Assembly (NCBI RefSeq): GCF_009914755.1
Contig: NC_060938.1
Strand: one strand, 5' to 3'
Length of the DNA: 64,000 bases
Source of the DNA: the human T2T-CHM13v2.0 reference genome, Homo sapiens
Positions 1 to 13,147 of this stretch are shown piece after piece. The notes beneath the pieces are model-generated. The model ran no database searches. It had not been told where the DNA came from and worked only from the letters and a program-made list of their open reading frames with translations. The position numbers were made by a program, and so were the translations under genes. Positions within the stretch are counted from its first letter, which is position 1. Each line of letters starts with the position of its first letter.

Positions 1-99
1 TTGTAGGTTATTTTTCTCAGGCCTAGATATGCTGGGATAATACAGGGTCAGCCCCTCCAGAAGGCAGAACACTAGACCATCGTATCTAGAAGCCTCAAA

Positions 100-860
100 A
101 GTCCCATGACCCTAGTCAGCTTTAAATGTTGTCTTTTCCCTCATCTCTCCATCTAAACAATCTGCAAGTCCCACTGTCTACCCCTGCTGAACACCGCCAG
201 AACCCATTCTCCCCTTCCATGTTCATTTCTGCAACCTTGGTCCAGGCCATGATTATCTCTCACTTACATTGCTGCATCAACCTTGACCTTCACTGGTGTC
301 TCTGACTCCAGACTTTAACCTTCCCAAACCAGTCTTCCTATTAACTCAGGCCTGATCATAACACTTCACAGCATAATATTTTTGCATGACTTCTAATTGC
401 CCTCAAATAAAGTCCTCATTCCTTGACAGGACCTAGAGGATCCTTCCCATTCAGCCCCGTATTTCACATAGCATACTACCCTCAACCCCAACTCTCACTC
501 CCCTAGAATACCTAGCACCCCAGCCAGGCTAACTACTTGATCTCTCACCCCTGGCCTTTGCACATGGGGTTTCTCTGGCTAGATCACATATCCCCTTCTC
601 CCCTTTATCTGAATAACCCCACTCATCCTCCTGGCCTTAGGTTTGATGTTACCTGCTCTGGAGAAGCATCCCTGATCTTCTTGACCCAGTTAGATATTCC
701 TTTTCTGGATCCCAGTGTCTCTGATATGAAATTGCCCATTTTCTGTCTTCCCTACTAATCCATAAGCCCTTTCCAGTCATGGACTGTGTCTTGGCTCCCC
801 CAACACTTAACATATTACCTGACACATAAAAGGCATTCAATAAATACTGATTCAGTCAGA
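100..860 (+). mobile_element. LINE2 (L2) degenerate 3' portion
   Basis: Pyrimidine-rich L2-like body ending in the L2 3' signature cctgacacataaaaggcattcaataaatactgattca. Boundaries approximate. Confidence 0.6.
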
Positions 861-1731
861 AGCAATATCAAGTGTTCTTGGTTTGCTGAAGATAGAGTCT
901 CTAGCCATCCTCACCCTCCTCGGCAAAGAACCAATCAAATCTTTGGGATTCGATTGGTTCAACCACAAAACCATTTCCTATTCCTCCTCCTTTACCTCTT
1001 ACATAAAGAGGGAAATAAAGGAAAATGACCATTGAAGGTTTTGTATCAAAATTCCTTTTTGGAAGACTACTTATAATTTCCTACTTTAGTCTGTCTGGTC
1101 ATGAAGAAGTCTGAACTACACAAATGCTGTGGCCATGTCATGAGACATAAAATTAGAGAAATGATTCAAATGCTTTTGGTCCCTTCCTTTATTTGACTGC
1201 TAATTAGGAAGAGAATATTGAGATGGACATGACACTGGTTAATAAAAACCTCAGTTTCCTGAACTGATGCCAGGTTTATTCTTTTGAGACTAGAGCAGAT
1301 GATCTACCCACCTTAAAGGTAATAAAATAATCCAAGTGGATGCCCACTTTGCCTGCAACTTTGCTTGCACTCCATTCCTATACCTATACACTTTGAGAAA
1401 AAAGATAACAGGATTTTCCCCCCACAGATAATTCTTCTGTTTCTACTCCTCAGTTCCTCCATCCTTAACCCACAAAAGGTTACACCTCTCAGCAACATCC
1501 ATCTGAAGAATTTATACTCTATATTACAAATTGTTGATGGTTATCACTTACATAAGTGATCTTTTCCTGCTGCTTCTTGAAAAGAGAAAGTAGGATATTT
1601 GCTTTACTAGGTGGAATATGTAAGTTTTTTTACATCAATTTTTTTGTGCTTTTACACAAACTAGAACATGGGAGCAAATGACTTGTTTCTTTGTGCTTTT
1701 GCTGCTACTTACTGAGGGAATTCCTTAATTA

Positions 1732-1763
1732 CTTCCTTCCTTCCTTCCTTCCTTCCTTCCTTC
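1732..1763. repeat. (CTTC)n microsatellite
   Basis: About 8 tandem CTTC units. Confidence 0.95.
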
Positions 1764-3411
1764 TCTTTATCCTATATGCACATGGTAGAAATTTGGGTTA
1801 ATTAAAAGGGAGTTAGATATACCTATTACCCCAAATAGGACACTCCCAGTGCATTTGTATTACAGCGGCTTGCAAAATAAATGCTGGGGTTTTTTTCTGC
1901 ATGCAGAAATTAAGCAACAGGATTATGTTTCCAGCTATGTTAACTGCCAGTCTATAATTATCAGGGCAACATCTCTCCACAGCTCATCTTCAGCTTATCA
2001 GTCTAGGAGTGCTAAATGTGCACATGTGGGACTTTTACTAAGTCAGTACCATTATTTTGCTTTCAAATTATTTCCTATTCCTAGAAGTTTATATTCAGTC
2101 ATTTGAAGACTGTGCAATTAAAGAAGATATCTAACTGAGCTTAAGCTCATTTAAAGTAACCAAGCACCTTTTACCTCCTCATCCATCTTGGACTTCAGTT
2201 CCCCACCCCCAGCTATGTTCATTCTAACTACTATGAGATAATATTATTTGATGGAGAAGGTGGAGGCAAAATGGATTTGTGTAGCTTTATGGTCCCTTCT
2301 CCTGTTAATGATCTTCCTCATTTGTATTCTTCTCCTTGCTTTTCTCTATATTTTTTCAAGCATTGGTCCATTCAGAACTTTGGCATCCTCCAGCACTTTC
2401 TAATGTTTTGTGCCATTTTTATATTTGCCTTGCATTATGATTTTCCTCCATCTTCTTCTACCATATTTCTTTGCTTGAAACCACACCTTCACATACCATA
2501 AAGGGAAGAGATTTTTTTTCAGTTGTGTTCCTGCCTCTTCAAATTCCTCTGTGGTCATAAAAAAGCCTGTCTTGCCAAAATGTCACGTAGCTATAACCTT
2601 GCGCCAAATAGTACATCTTGTTTCCAAAAGCTGTTTTTTTGGCAGCTGGTAGGAACATGGATTATTCATATCTGCAGAAATCACAATCCCTGTGGAGGAT
2701 TTGATTCTTCTCCCCCAGGTTGTGGCTGTGATTGGAAATAAGGTGTTTCATTTGGACTTCTACAGGAAGAAGACACCTGGAGGCAGACACAGAAGGAAGA
2801 GCGAGGTATTCAGTATGCTCCATGCACTCTATGTAATTTTCGGATACCTATATAAAATGTTTTGGCTTTTAACGCTTAGCATTTGGGGAAAAAAATCATA
2901 AAATGAAAAACCACTTTTAATTGACTCTTCAAAAATTACTTTAAATGTGTTCTAAAACTTGGCTTTAAAATTTCTTCATACAGTTTTGACCTATGTTAAG
3001 AGATACAGGTACTTTAAGAAAGTGTTTCTGGAAAATTGTATTTGAGGCAGTTTATCAGCTGAAGGCACAGCTAAGGCATCGCTAAGGGAATCTGTTACCC
3101 TGGGATACTAATTAACTCCAAATATTGCATATAAATTAAGCTAGCAGCTACTGAAAGAAACAGCTTATGGGAAAGAAAAAACTAAAGAGGTTGGAAAGAA
3201 AAGCACTGTCTTTTCTAATTAGAGAAAAAGACATCAGGGGTATGGGAGAAACCCTTTTCTCTCCATCCCAGCCTTCTATTCTTTTTCTAGTAGCTTCCAT
3301 CCTTTTCTCTTTCCTTGTTTTCCTTTCTCCTTTCTCCACAGCAGGTGTGATTTATTGGATAGCATGACCAGGGAAAGTGTCTCTTCCTACAGGGGACTGC
3401 TCTCCTTGTCT

Positions 3412-3415
<4 letters not shown>

Positions 3416-3462
<47 letters not shown>
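3416..3462. repeat. (TG)n microsatellite within an old L1M 3' end
   Basis: About 23 TG units with one interruption. Confidence 0.95.
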
Positions 3463-3475
3463 TAAGAACATTTAA

Positions 3476-3819
<344 letters not shown>

Positions 3820-4584
3820 CTCTTAACAAATTTTTAACTGCACAGTACGATATTGTTAACTATAGGCACTATGTTATACAGCAGAGCTCTAGAACTTATT
3901 CATCTTGCATAACTGAAACATAATTAATCAACATCTCCCCACCTTTAACTTTGCCCAGCCCGTGGCAAGCACCATTTTGCCTCTGCCCTTATGAGTTTGA
4001 TTATTTTGGATACCTCAAAGAAGTGCAATCATGCATTTGTCCTTCTGTCACTAGTTTATTTCACTTAGCATAATGTTCTCCATGTATATCCATATTGTCA
4101 CAATGACAGAATTTCCTTATTTCCTATGGCTGAATAATATTCTACTGTATGTATATACCACATTTTCTTTATCCATTCATCTATTGATAGATATTTGCAT
4201 ATCTATCAATGCAATTTCCATATCTTGGCTATTGTGAATAATACTTATAAGCTTATTGTGAATAATATGCTTATAAGCATAAGCAATGAACACAGGCGTA
4301 CAGATACTTCTTCAAGATCCTGATTTCTATTCTTTTGGATATATGCCCAGAAGTGGGATAGTTGGATTATATAGTAGTTCTATCTTAATTTTTTGAGGAA
4401 TCTTCATACTGTTTTCCACAGTGGCTATCCATTTTACATTCCCACCCACAGTATACAAGGATTCCAATTTCTCCACATCCTCAGAAACAATTGTTATATT
4501 TTGTTTTATTGAATAATAGCCATCCCAATAGGTGTGAGGTGGTATCTCATTGTGACTTTAAATGACCTTGTCTCTATCATAAGG

Positions 4585-4762
4585 AAGTGGTTCTCTAGAT
4601 AGATCCCTCCTAGCTGTGTTCCCAAGCTTGCTGGGGCATGAATACCCCAAGCTCCTTCCCTGGAGATTCTAACTCATCAGGTCTGGGGCAAGGCCTTGAG
4701 ATCTGTATGTTTCACAAGTGTCCCAGGTGATTTTTATGAGCCTGCAAATTCTGGAAACACTG
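4585..4762. mobile_element. MER5-family hAT DNA transposon remnant
   Basis: gtggttctc start, gattctaactcatcaggtctgggg, cccaggtgatt, and gaaacactg end. Confidence 0.6.
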
Positions 4763-6199
4763 CCTCTCCCTCCGAGAAGAAGACCTAGTTCCTGCCCCTG
4801 CGGTGGGATGCTGGCAGTTCTGGCTGGGTAAACTCAGTCCAGTGGGGATGGTGTTCACAACTGAAGCTGCAGGAATCAGCCCTCCTTTCCAGACAGCTTT
4901 ATTTGTTTCACTGTTAAATGTTTTAAGCCTAGTTGTTTGAATAAAAAGTTGACTTTCTATTTTAATTGTGCAAATATAAGCATACTTGTCACTTATTTTG
5001 GGTAAACCTACAAGTGCCTGATTTACTACTTCTCAACTGGACCACTATATAACCACTGGCCAGCACTTCCATCTCGTAGCAGCATCTCTAATCCCAGGTT
5101 TTGTTTAAAATATGACAACCTTTTCTGATCCTCTTAATAATCTAAGCCAACCACTGAAAATCATTATTCCACAGCCACCAGCAGCAAGGAAAATGGCCAA
5201 AATAAACATGTCATTTGTACCATCCACCGACCTTCCACTCAATCCAGATGTTTAAATGGGTTTGTACAGAAATGTACTCTAAGTATAATCTTTTCCTTTA
5301 AGAAATCATGTGTCCCAAAAAGGACCACAGAGATACTGTGTTAAGCCAAAATTCACATACATGTCATCCTCACGGACCTCTGAGAAATGAAAATATGGGT
5401 CTGTTATTTGGGAATTTATTACACTACAGTTTGAAGATTCAACCTATTAGCCATGGTTTAGTTAAGACTATAGATTGAGTAGCCCAAGGCAATAATGGCC
5501 ACTAGTATCACCCATGTGCTACTCAGTTAAGTGGCCTACGACGTATTCTCAACAAATAGTTTGTCAAGAATACAAAGACAGTAATGCCACACCATGCTCA
5601 CTTACTCCCAACCTTAGAAACACTTACAGCAAAGGGCTGCTCTTAGAAAAGGAAAACATCCCTTATGCAATATCAGGATGTCTCTACTCGTGAAATTACA
5701 AATCACTTCTGAGTGTCATGATTCTGAATTCTATTTTTAAAATCTGACCTTGAGCTAATTTGCCAGTTGCTAACTTCTATTTGACTGTACAGAGCTTTTC
5801 ACTTCTCTTGATCAGTTTCACATATTTGCTTACATCTCTTGGCAAAAAGAGTTAAAATTATTTGATGAAAATGTTCTTGTGAGCCAGACATTATTCAAAA
5901 ACGGATTCTAGGAAGGTTTATTAGTTCCATAGAGGTGATACTCAAATGTATGACTGTAAAGGAAATAACTGATAACTGAGATGGGGAAGGAAAGAACTTG
6001 TGTGTGAGTAAGAGAGAAATTAGAAAGGCATCATTCATTTAACAAAGATGGAAATTCACATCAAACGTTCCTTGACCAGGCAGCTATTCCCTGCTATTCC
6101 CTTAGAACCTTTGTTTTAAAGAAGGACCCTGAAATGTCACTGCTTCCACCAAAGTCTATGAAAAGGTTACTGAACTGAAGATAAGGGTGCATGGCTGGG

Positions 6200-6400
6200 T
6201 CCAAGTGGGTTCTCACGCTGATTCTCTCTGGGTACAACTTTGGAAAATCATTTCACTTCTCTGCTTCAGTTCCATCTTCAGTCAAATGGGAGAATAAAAA
6301 CATATGTCCTACCTCACATAGTAGCTCTGAGGAATAACTGTGCAACTTTTCTTGAACATAGTAGACAACTTCTAATAAACACCAACAAGTACTCCACAGT
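6200..6400 (+). mobile_element. MIR
   Basis: MIR core: ctctgcttcagttccatcttcagtcaaatgggagaataa, ctacctcacatag. Confidence 0.6.
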
Positions 6401-6979
6401 GACAGCACTATTAATAAATAACTTTTATTCTTCCATGGCAATGAGCCAAGCCTTTACCCCAAAACTCAACTACAAATCCTCAATCCCTAGATTCAAATAG
6501 CGCATTGGAATATCCTATTTTGTATAGGGCAGGGAATTACATTCCAAGGGAGATGAGAAATGATTGAACATATTTCAATATCCTCATAGCGGGGTGCCCT
6601 GAGAGAGGCTGGTTTCCCATGAGCTCTGTTGTTCACCAGGACTCTGGCCACTGGGCAGACAAACGATAGAATGTCTATTTTTCTAATAAAGCCATATAAG
6701 GACCAATGGTAGCCCACCTTTTCCATGGTGGAGTCCACAGATGTGGAAATACAACACTCTGAATTAGTCACATTAGCAGCCACATAAGCATAGAACCAAA
6801 TGGCAGACAGAAATGCTCTGAGAGCTTACCTACCCTCATCTCATTCTTGAATTCTTCTTCATTTTTTCTCGGCAAAATCAACTAGCACACAAAAAGAATA
6901 TCTCTTAATCATAAACATGTATGACATGTATGATTGAGTCTGTTGGACTCAATCACACTATTTAAGACAGCAAACGTAC

Positions 6980-7662
6980 ATTAAGACTAAGAGTCAGTTT
7001 AATGTATTATTTCTAGTGCATTTTTTTCCTCGCCAAGAATAAAACGGAAGGTGAGAATAATAAAACTAGGAGACTGAAGTACATAATGCAAAATACATAC
7101 AAATCTACATATAATCCTAATATGCTGAGAGAGCTTCTTAATGAAAATGATTTCATTCTGAGTTACTGCTAGTTTGATGCAAATGCAGTATGTACCATGG
7201 CCCACAACCCTGTGGTTTCAAGTAGGTAGAGTATATCTTGAGAAGTTATTCTTTGTTAAGATTTATATCTCAGAGTCAAGCATGCCTTGGTGGCAACAAT
7301 CATTATTCTCAATGCAGGTAATTCAAACCAAGGAAAAGACACTGTGGAAAACTACAAAATATTTACTCTGCCTAATGTAGCAACTCCTACTGAAAAACAT
7401 ATATGTTGCATATTTATGAGTTGTAGCCCACGGTTGTGGAAAATTCACTACAGAATAAAACCAAATACTGCATGATACGTTTAGTATACAACATGCCATT
7501 TCTGCTCAGTACAAGAAAAATCTACTACCCAGCACCCAGCAGACACTAGGACTAACGACCTGATAGCAGCAATGTGGCAGGTTGTTCTTTTTTTTTTTCT
7601 GCTCCAAAATAAAAATTAGAATAGTAGCATCGTTGAATATCCCAATTAAAACCCAGTCCAAT
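6980..7662 (-). other. ARMH4: ARMH4 3' UTR (proximal form; may extend further)
   Basis: Repeat-free AT-rich sequence after the TGA at 7663-7665, up to a candidate ATTAAA signal. The true end cannot be read from sequence. Confidence 0.6.
6998..7003 (-). terminator. ARMH4: Candidate polyadenylation signal ATTAAA
   Basis: Plus-strand TTTAAT about 660 nt downstream of the stop. More distal AATAAA sites at 6424, 5917, 5415 and 4898. Confidence 0.5.
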
Positions 7663-7731
7663 TCAAAATTCATCTTCAGAGCTGTCGGCTAAGAGCATTA
7701 CTCGATCTTGCATGCTGTTGAATTCTCTCTG
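7663..7731 (-). CDS. ARMH4: ARMH4 last coding exon: QREFNSMQDRVMLLADSSEDEF*
   Basis: Polypyrimidine tract plus TAG acceptor (7734-7732), 23 codons to TGA, in phase 0 with the preceding exon. Peptide recognised as the ARMH4/C14orf37 C-terminus. Confidence 0.93.
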   Translation of the reverse strand, partial: QREFNSMQDRVMLLADSSEDEF

Positions 7732-7974
7732 CTAGAGAAAGAAAACAGAAAAGCATTAAACTCTTTCTGCCACAGAGCAAAGCTGAGAAACAGGCCCACT
7801 TTAAAAGACATGCTAACAAACGAAGCCAAGGCAGGAGCTACAGCAGCTAATCCAGACCACTGGGCACGTCAATACCACCCAAGCATCATTAAACCCCGTG
7901 TGCTTTATTAAGTAAATTAGATAAGCAAAGAATGTTCTGAAACTGATTAGGTTTTGCTGTTGTTGGTTCCATAC

Positions 7975-8109
7975 CTTTCTTTTATGCCTTTTGAAGCCAT
8001 TTCTCCTTCGGCGATTCATAACCTTAATGCTGTAGAGGGCTCCCAAGATGAACAAGGCTCCAGCTATCCCAACCCCTACAGGCACCAGCATCCCAGACAT
8101 GTAACCAGC
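7975..8109 (-). CDS. ARMH4: ARMH4 transmembrane exon: AGYMSGMLVPVGVGIAGALFILGALYSIKVMNRRRRNGFKRHKRK
   Basis: 135 nt with CAG acceptor (8112-8110), branch point-like CCTAAT near 8133 and AAG|GTATGG donor. Encodes a hydrophobic helix followed by a polybasic stop-transfer segment. Confidence 0.95.
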
Positions 8110-9607
8110 CTGCATAGAAAAGGAAACACACATTAGGATGCTAAACAGAGCGCGCCGCCCTGGGTTTCTCATTTCTGCTGGATGGCAGCAGGTTTTTAGA
8201 CACTTTGAATTCTCCTGTCTGCTTTGTTGTAAGATAAAACTAAGCCTAAAATACAGTAACTTTTTAGGGAGAAGGCAACAGAGAGAGAGACAGGCCTATT
8301 TTGGGGATATTTCAAATACATAGAAGTATTGAAATAAATCAGCCAGACCTAGTGGCACCTCCAGCCACTAGCTTATGCACATTTGTCAACCTCAGGTTCT
8401 GATGACAGAAATATAATTTGTATTAAAGATGGATGAAGTAAGCCTCTGAGAATGCCAGGACTACTAAAATGCTATAAATTGGAAATATCAGCCAGAGTCA
8501 AGCTTAAAGGAGGTCAAAGTGTCCTCTGGAATAGTGTGTTTGCTGGGGGCTAAAAGGAGGGCCTTGACAGTGGTGGTCCTCTCTTCTCCCTCTCTGTCTG
8601 TCTTGGCTGCATTACAGTAAGAAAAGAAAGATGAAAATGCTTGTGGGTAAAAGGGGAGGGCTTCTGAAAACAAGGAAAAAAAAGGCCTGCAAAGGCAAGA
8701 GGAGGAATGTTAGATGTTGGAGCAAAGGCAGAAAAGACAAGGACAAGGGGAGAGTGTGCACACAAAATGGATGGACTGATTTCTGTGAATGGAATCACCT
8801 TCCCAACAGACAAGACAAAGTTGGAGGTTGGGAGGGAATTCTGAATGTCCCAGCCCCAAAGAAAGGAAGTGGCAGAGAAGTACACAAAGATCACTGCCAA
8901 CAACACGATACCTCCAAAAGATCCTGGAAGTGTCAAATTCATCGATGTCTCCAGGGTCTCCAAGGTGTCACTATGGATACCTTTATCCTCAGAGAGCAGG
9001 ATGATCCCTGGACTTGAGTAAGTACCTCAGGACCTACCTAAGCTCAGGGAAAGGCCATTGTACTCAGAGTGATCCCTACACCTTGGCCAATAAGACTCCT
9101 ATGGGCTAACAGGGTATGTACTAACCTATAGCCCTTTCATGGGGGAACACAGGTAATGGTTTGCCTCCCAAGAAGCCCTTCTTAGAAGTCTACCCATGCA
9201 AAATACATAAACAATTTAAATTGTTCATAAGTCTATTCATTTATATGACTATTTTTTAAATTTTTAATACAGCACAAACTGTTTTAGTATTTTTCAAAGT
9301 GAGCCAAAAATGGAGCAGGACAGAGGATAAAAGTTTTCCTGAAAGTGCTGAAGTATGCAGGCTGTGATGTTTTCCCAACATTTCTAGCAGGACATCCAAA
9401 GAATACATCAGAGTTTATGAAACAGCAGCACTTTCCTCTTGTGCTCAGCCAGCTCCCTCACTGTTTCTGCCTCCCAGAGTCTTCACTTAGGGCAAAATAT
9501 GGAAATTCTTCCATTAATTTGAGAACAATAGCACTGTTCCTCAGCATACTAAGTATTTTTCCCCAAGAAACAAAGCCTAGACATTTTTCAATAAATTAAT
9601 ATGCCTT

Positions 9608-9860
9608 CTTCTCACTCATAGGTGGGAACTGAACAATGAGAACACTTGGACACAGGAAGGGGAACATCACACACCGGGCCCTGTCGTGGGGTGAGGGGAG
9701 GGGGGAGGGACAGCATTAGGAGATACACCTAATGTAAATGACAAGTTAACGGGTGCAGCACACCAACATGGCACATGTATACATATGTAACAAACCTGCA
9801 CGTTGTGCACCTGTACCCTAGAACTTAACGTATAATAAAAATAAATAAATAAATAAATTA
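9608..9860 (+). mobile_element. 5'-truncated L1PA (about L1PA5-type) 3' end
   Basis: L1PA 3' UTR with G-tract and (AAAT)n tail. TSD aattaatatgc on both sides (9594 and 9864). Confidence 0.92.
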
Positions 9861-10689
9861 ATTAATTAATATGCTTTGTAGAAGCCCAAACTTTTTCTAA
9901 AGTTCTTCCAAATCTACTTAAGGCTTATAAAAACTCTGCAATTTTCCATGTGGGAAAATACTGAACAACATCAAAGTGTTGGTGCTCACACAAGAACTGT
10001 GAATTATTTTTCATGACCATTCCCAGTGTATGGAAACACACACATGTTGAAATATGATAAACTTTAAGCCCAGATGATTAGGCTTCTCATGTACAGTAAC
10101 ATTTGAACTTTTGGAAGGTCAACTTGATCAGCCTCTGTGCATGTCTCCTCATACTCTGTAACTTAACCCCATACCAACAACATCGGTACTCTCAAATATG
10201 TCACCATTTCTGCATTTCTTATTGACACACTTAAGCCTTTTACTTATGGAGCTTTATTTTTTCAAATTTATATTTATATTTGTAAATTGACATATAAAAC
10301 TGTACGTACTCATCATGTACAACATGATGTTTTAAAGTATACTTTCATTGTGGAATGGTTACATTTAGCTAGAGCTCTAAATTATGTAGATTTCACAAAA
10401 ACTCAGTTACATCTCTCTTTTTTGTCTCCTCTGTTTTGTTTTTCTTTTTTGGTGGCATCTGCCTTGCTTTGAAATTACAAGTAAATTACAAGATGGGAGC
10501 AAAGCAACGTACCATCTTAAGATATAATTTAACTATTCTTCTTTCAAAACTGACTAAGGGAAAATAAGCTCCTCTGTTAGAATTGCTCATGACTTGATTT
10601 CTTCAGCAATGAAAATAAATAAGACAACATGCACACAGTTTTAAGTTATAAATTCTGCCTAGTACTTTTTCTCTGTCCAAATTATTGCA

Positions 10690-11340
10690 TATACACATGC
10701 CCCGAGATGTGACACCTTGAGAAAGACACAATTGCACCAATGTATTATTCCAACCAGGAATGCATAACCTGAATCTAATCATGAGAAAACATCCAACAAA
10801 CTTAAAGTATATTCTGTTTTTTAAAAAGACTGTGTTCTTTAAAAATGTTAATGTCATAAAAGATAAAAGATGGCTATAAAAATGTTCCAGATTAAAGGAA
10901 ATTAAAGAAACATGACAACTAAATGTGTTACATAATCCTAAAGTGGATTCTGTGAGAGAGGAGAAAAAATGCTCTTATGAAGGATATTTTGGGTTTGTTG
11001 AAAAAACTGAAATATGAATGCCAGATTCCATAAAAGTATTATATCGATATTGAATATACTCCAGCTAATAACTGCACAGAGATCTGCTTAAAGTATATAT
11101 TCATTCTTAGGAAATATACACTGAAATATATAAGGGTAAACAGGCCACAACACATGCAACTTATCCTCAAATGGTTCAGGAAAAAAGAGGAGAATGTGAC
11201 AGCAAATGATAAAGCACATGGGGTAAAATGCAAACAGCAGGCGCATCCAGGTAAAGGTGTAGGAATGTTCTTTGCACCATTCTTACTCTTGTATCTCATC
11301 TGTAAATTTTAAATTATTTCCAAATAAAGTTTTAAATTTT
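10690..11340 (+). mobile_element. Old L1M (L1MC/ME-type) 3' UTR fragment
   Basis: cctgaatctaatcatgagaaaacatc, ttcttaggaaatatacactgaa, and aaattatttccaaataaag. Confidence 0.7.
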
Positions 11341-11554
11341 AAAGTAAATTATAAGTCAAATATTGCTAAATATACTTGTTTTTGTTTGGTTTTGAAGTTT
11401 TGTTTGTTTGAAGTCAACAAGAAAGGTATCCTTCCTTCTTAGGATAACATATTTATTCAGAATAGCTGTCATCAAGAAAGCCATAGGAAACCAAATGATA
11501 TGCTGTACTGCCTAAAGTCTGCAGAATTGACACAGCATCCTTACGATTTCTGTG

Positions 11555-11742
11555 CAATGGTTGTTCTCAAACTCCAGCATGGATCAGGAACACCTGCAAG
11601 ACTTACTAAAATGCAGATTGTTGGGCCCCATTCCCAGAGTTCCTGGGAGGTATGTCTATGGTGGAGTCTGAGAATTTGCATATCCAACAAGCTCCAGGTG
11701 ATGCTGATGCTGCTAGTCCAGACCATACATTGAGAATCGCTG
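11555..11742. mobile_element. MER5A
   Basis: About 190 bp: ttctcaaact, cagattgttgggcccc, ccaggtgatgctgatgctgct, ttgagaatcgctg. Confidence 0.85.
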
Positions 11743-11989
11743 CTATGAAGTATAGTCTGGGCCATGCATTTTCTGGATGGTTTCCTAAAGCTAGAAGAAA
11801 TAGATTGGTTTTATTGATATAACAACAGGTCTGGTCTTTATTACACAATTAAAATTGTTATGCATCTTCAGTTTTGAAAATCAGTTTAGATGCTGAGAAG
11901 ATATACTAATGGGTAGCCAAGTTAAAACTTGCCTAACAAGGATCACCAACTTGGATTAGCCAAGAAGACAGTTAATGATGGAATTAATA

Positions 11990-12869
<880 letters not shown>

Positions 12870-13124
12870 CTACAACAACAACAGGAATAATTCAGAACTT
12901 TTGAAAACACCACCCTTTCTAGAATCCAGCTAACCAACAGAGACTCAATACTGGAACAATTAAATGAAGCTAACCTGACAGAGTGTCCTGGCTTGCCTGA
13001 AGAGCCAGGTTGGGCATGTAGTTTAGTTTTTAGTTCTAAGGGATTCTGTGACTTTCATCAAAGAGACAAAGAGTTTTGTACTCAAATAGTTTCTGAAGAT
13101 AATGACTAACAAGACTTTAATAGA

Positions 13125-13147
13125 TGATGGATGGATGGATGGATGGA
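13125..13147. repeat. (GATG)n microsatellite
   Basis: About 5 tandem units. Confidence 0.85.

Noticed and set aside
2729-2815. Possible plus-strand exon (ctcccccag acceptor to gag|gtattc)
   Set aside because: Weak donor, no partner exons and no recognisable protein.
7813-8172. 119-aa ORF as a stand-alone gene
   Set aside because: Only the central 45 codons lie between splice sites. The flanks are intron.
8349-8371. 8-bp inverted repeat with a partial CTCF-like core
   Set aside because: Poor motif match, and stems this short are expected by chance.
8550-9017. Overlapping 128-137 aa ORFs
   Set aside because: Composition-driven purine-rich intron sequence with no domain or splice support.
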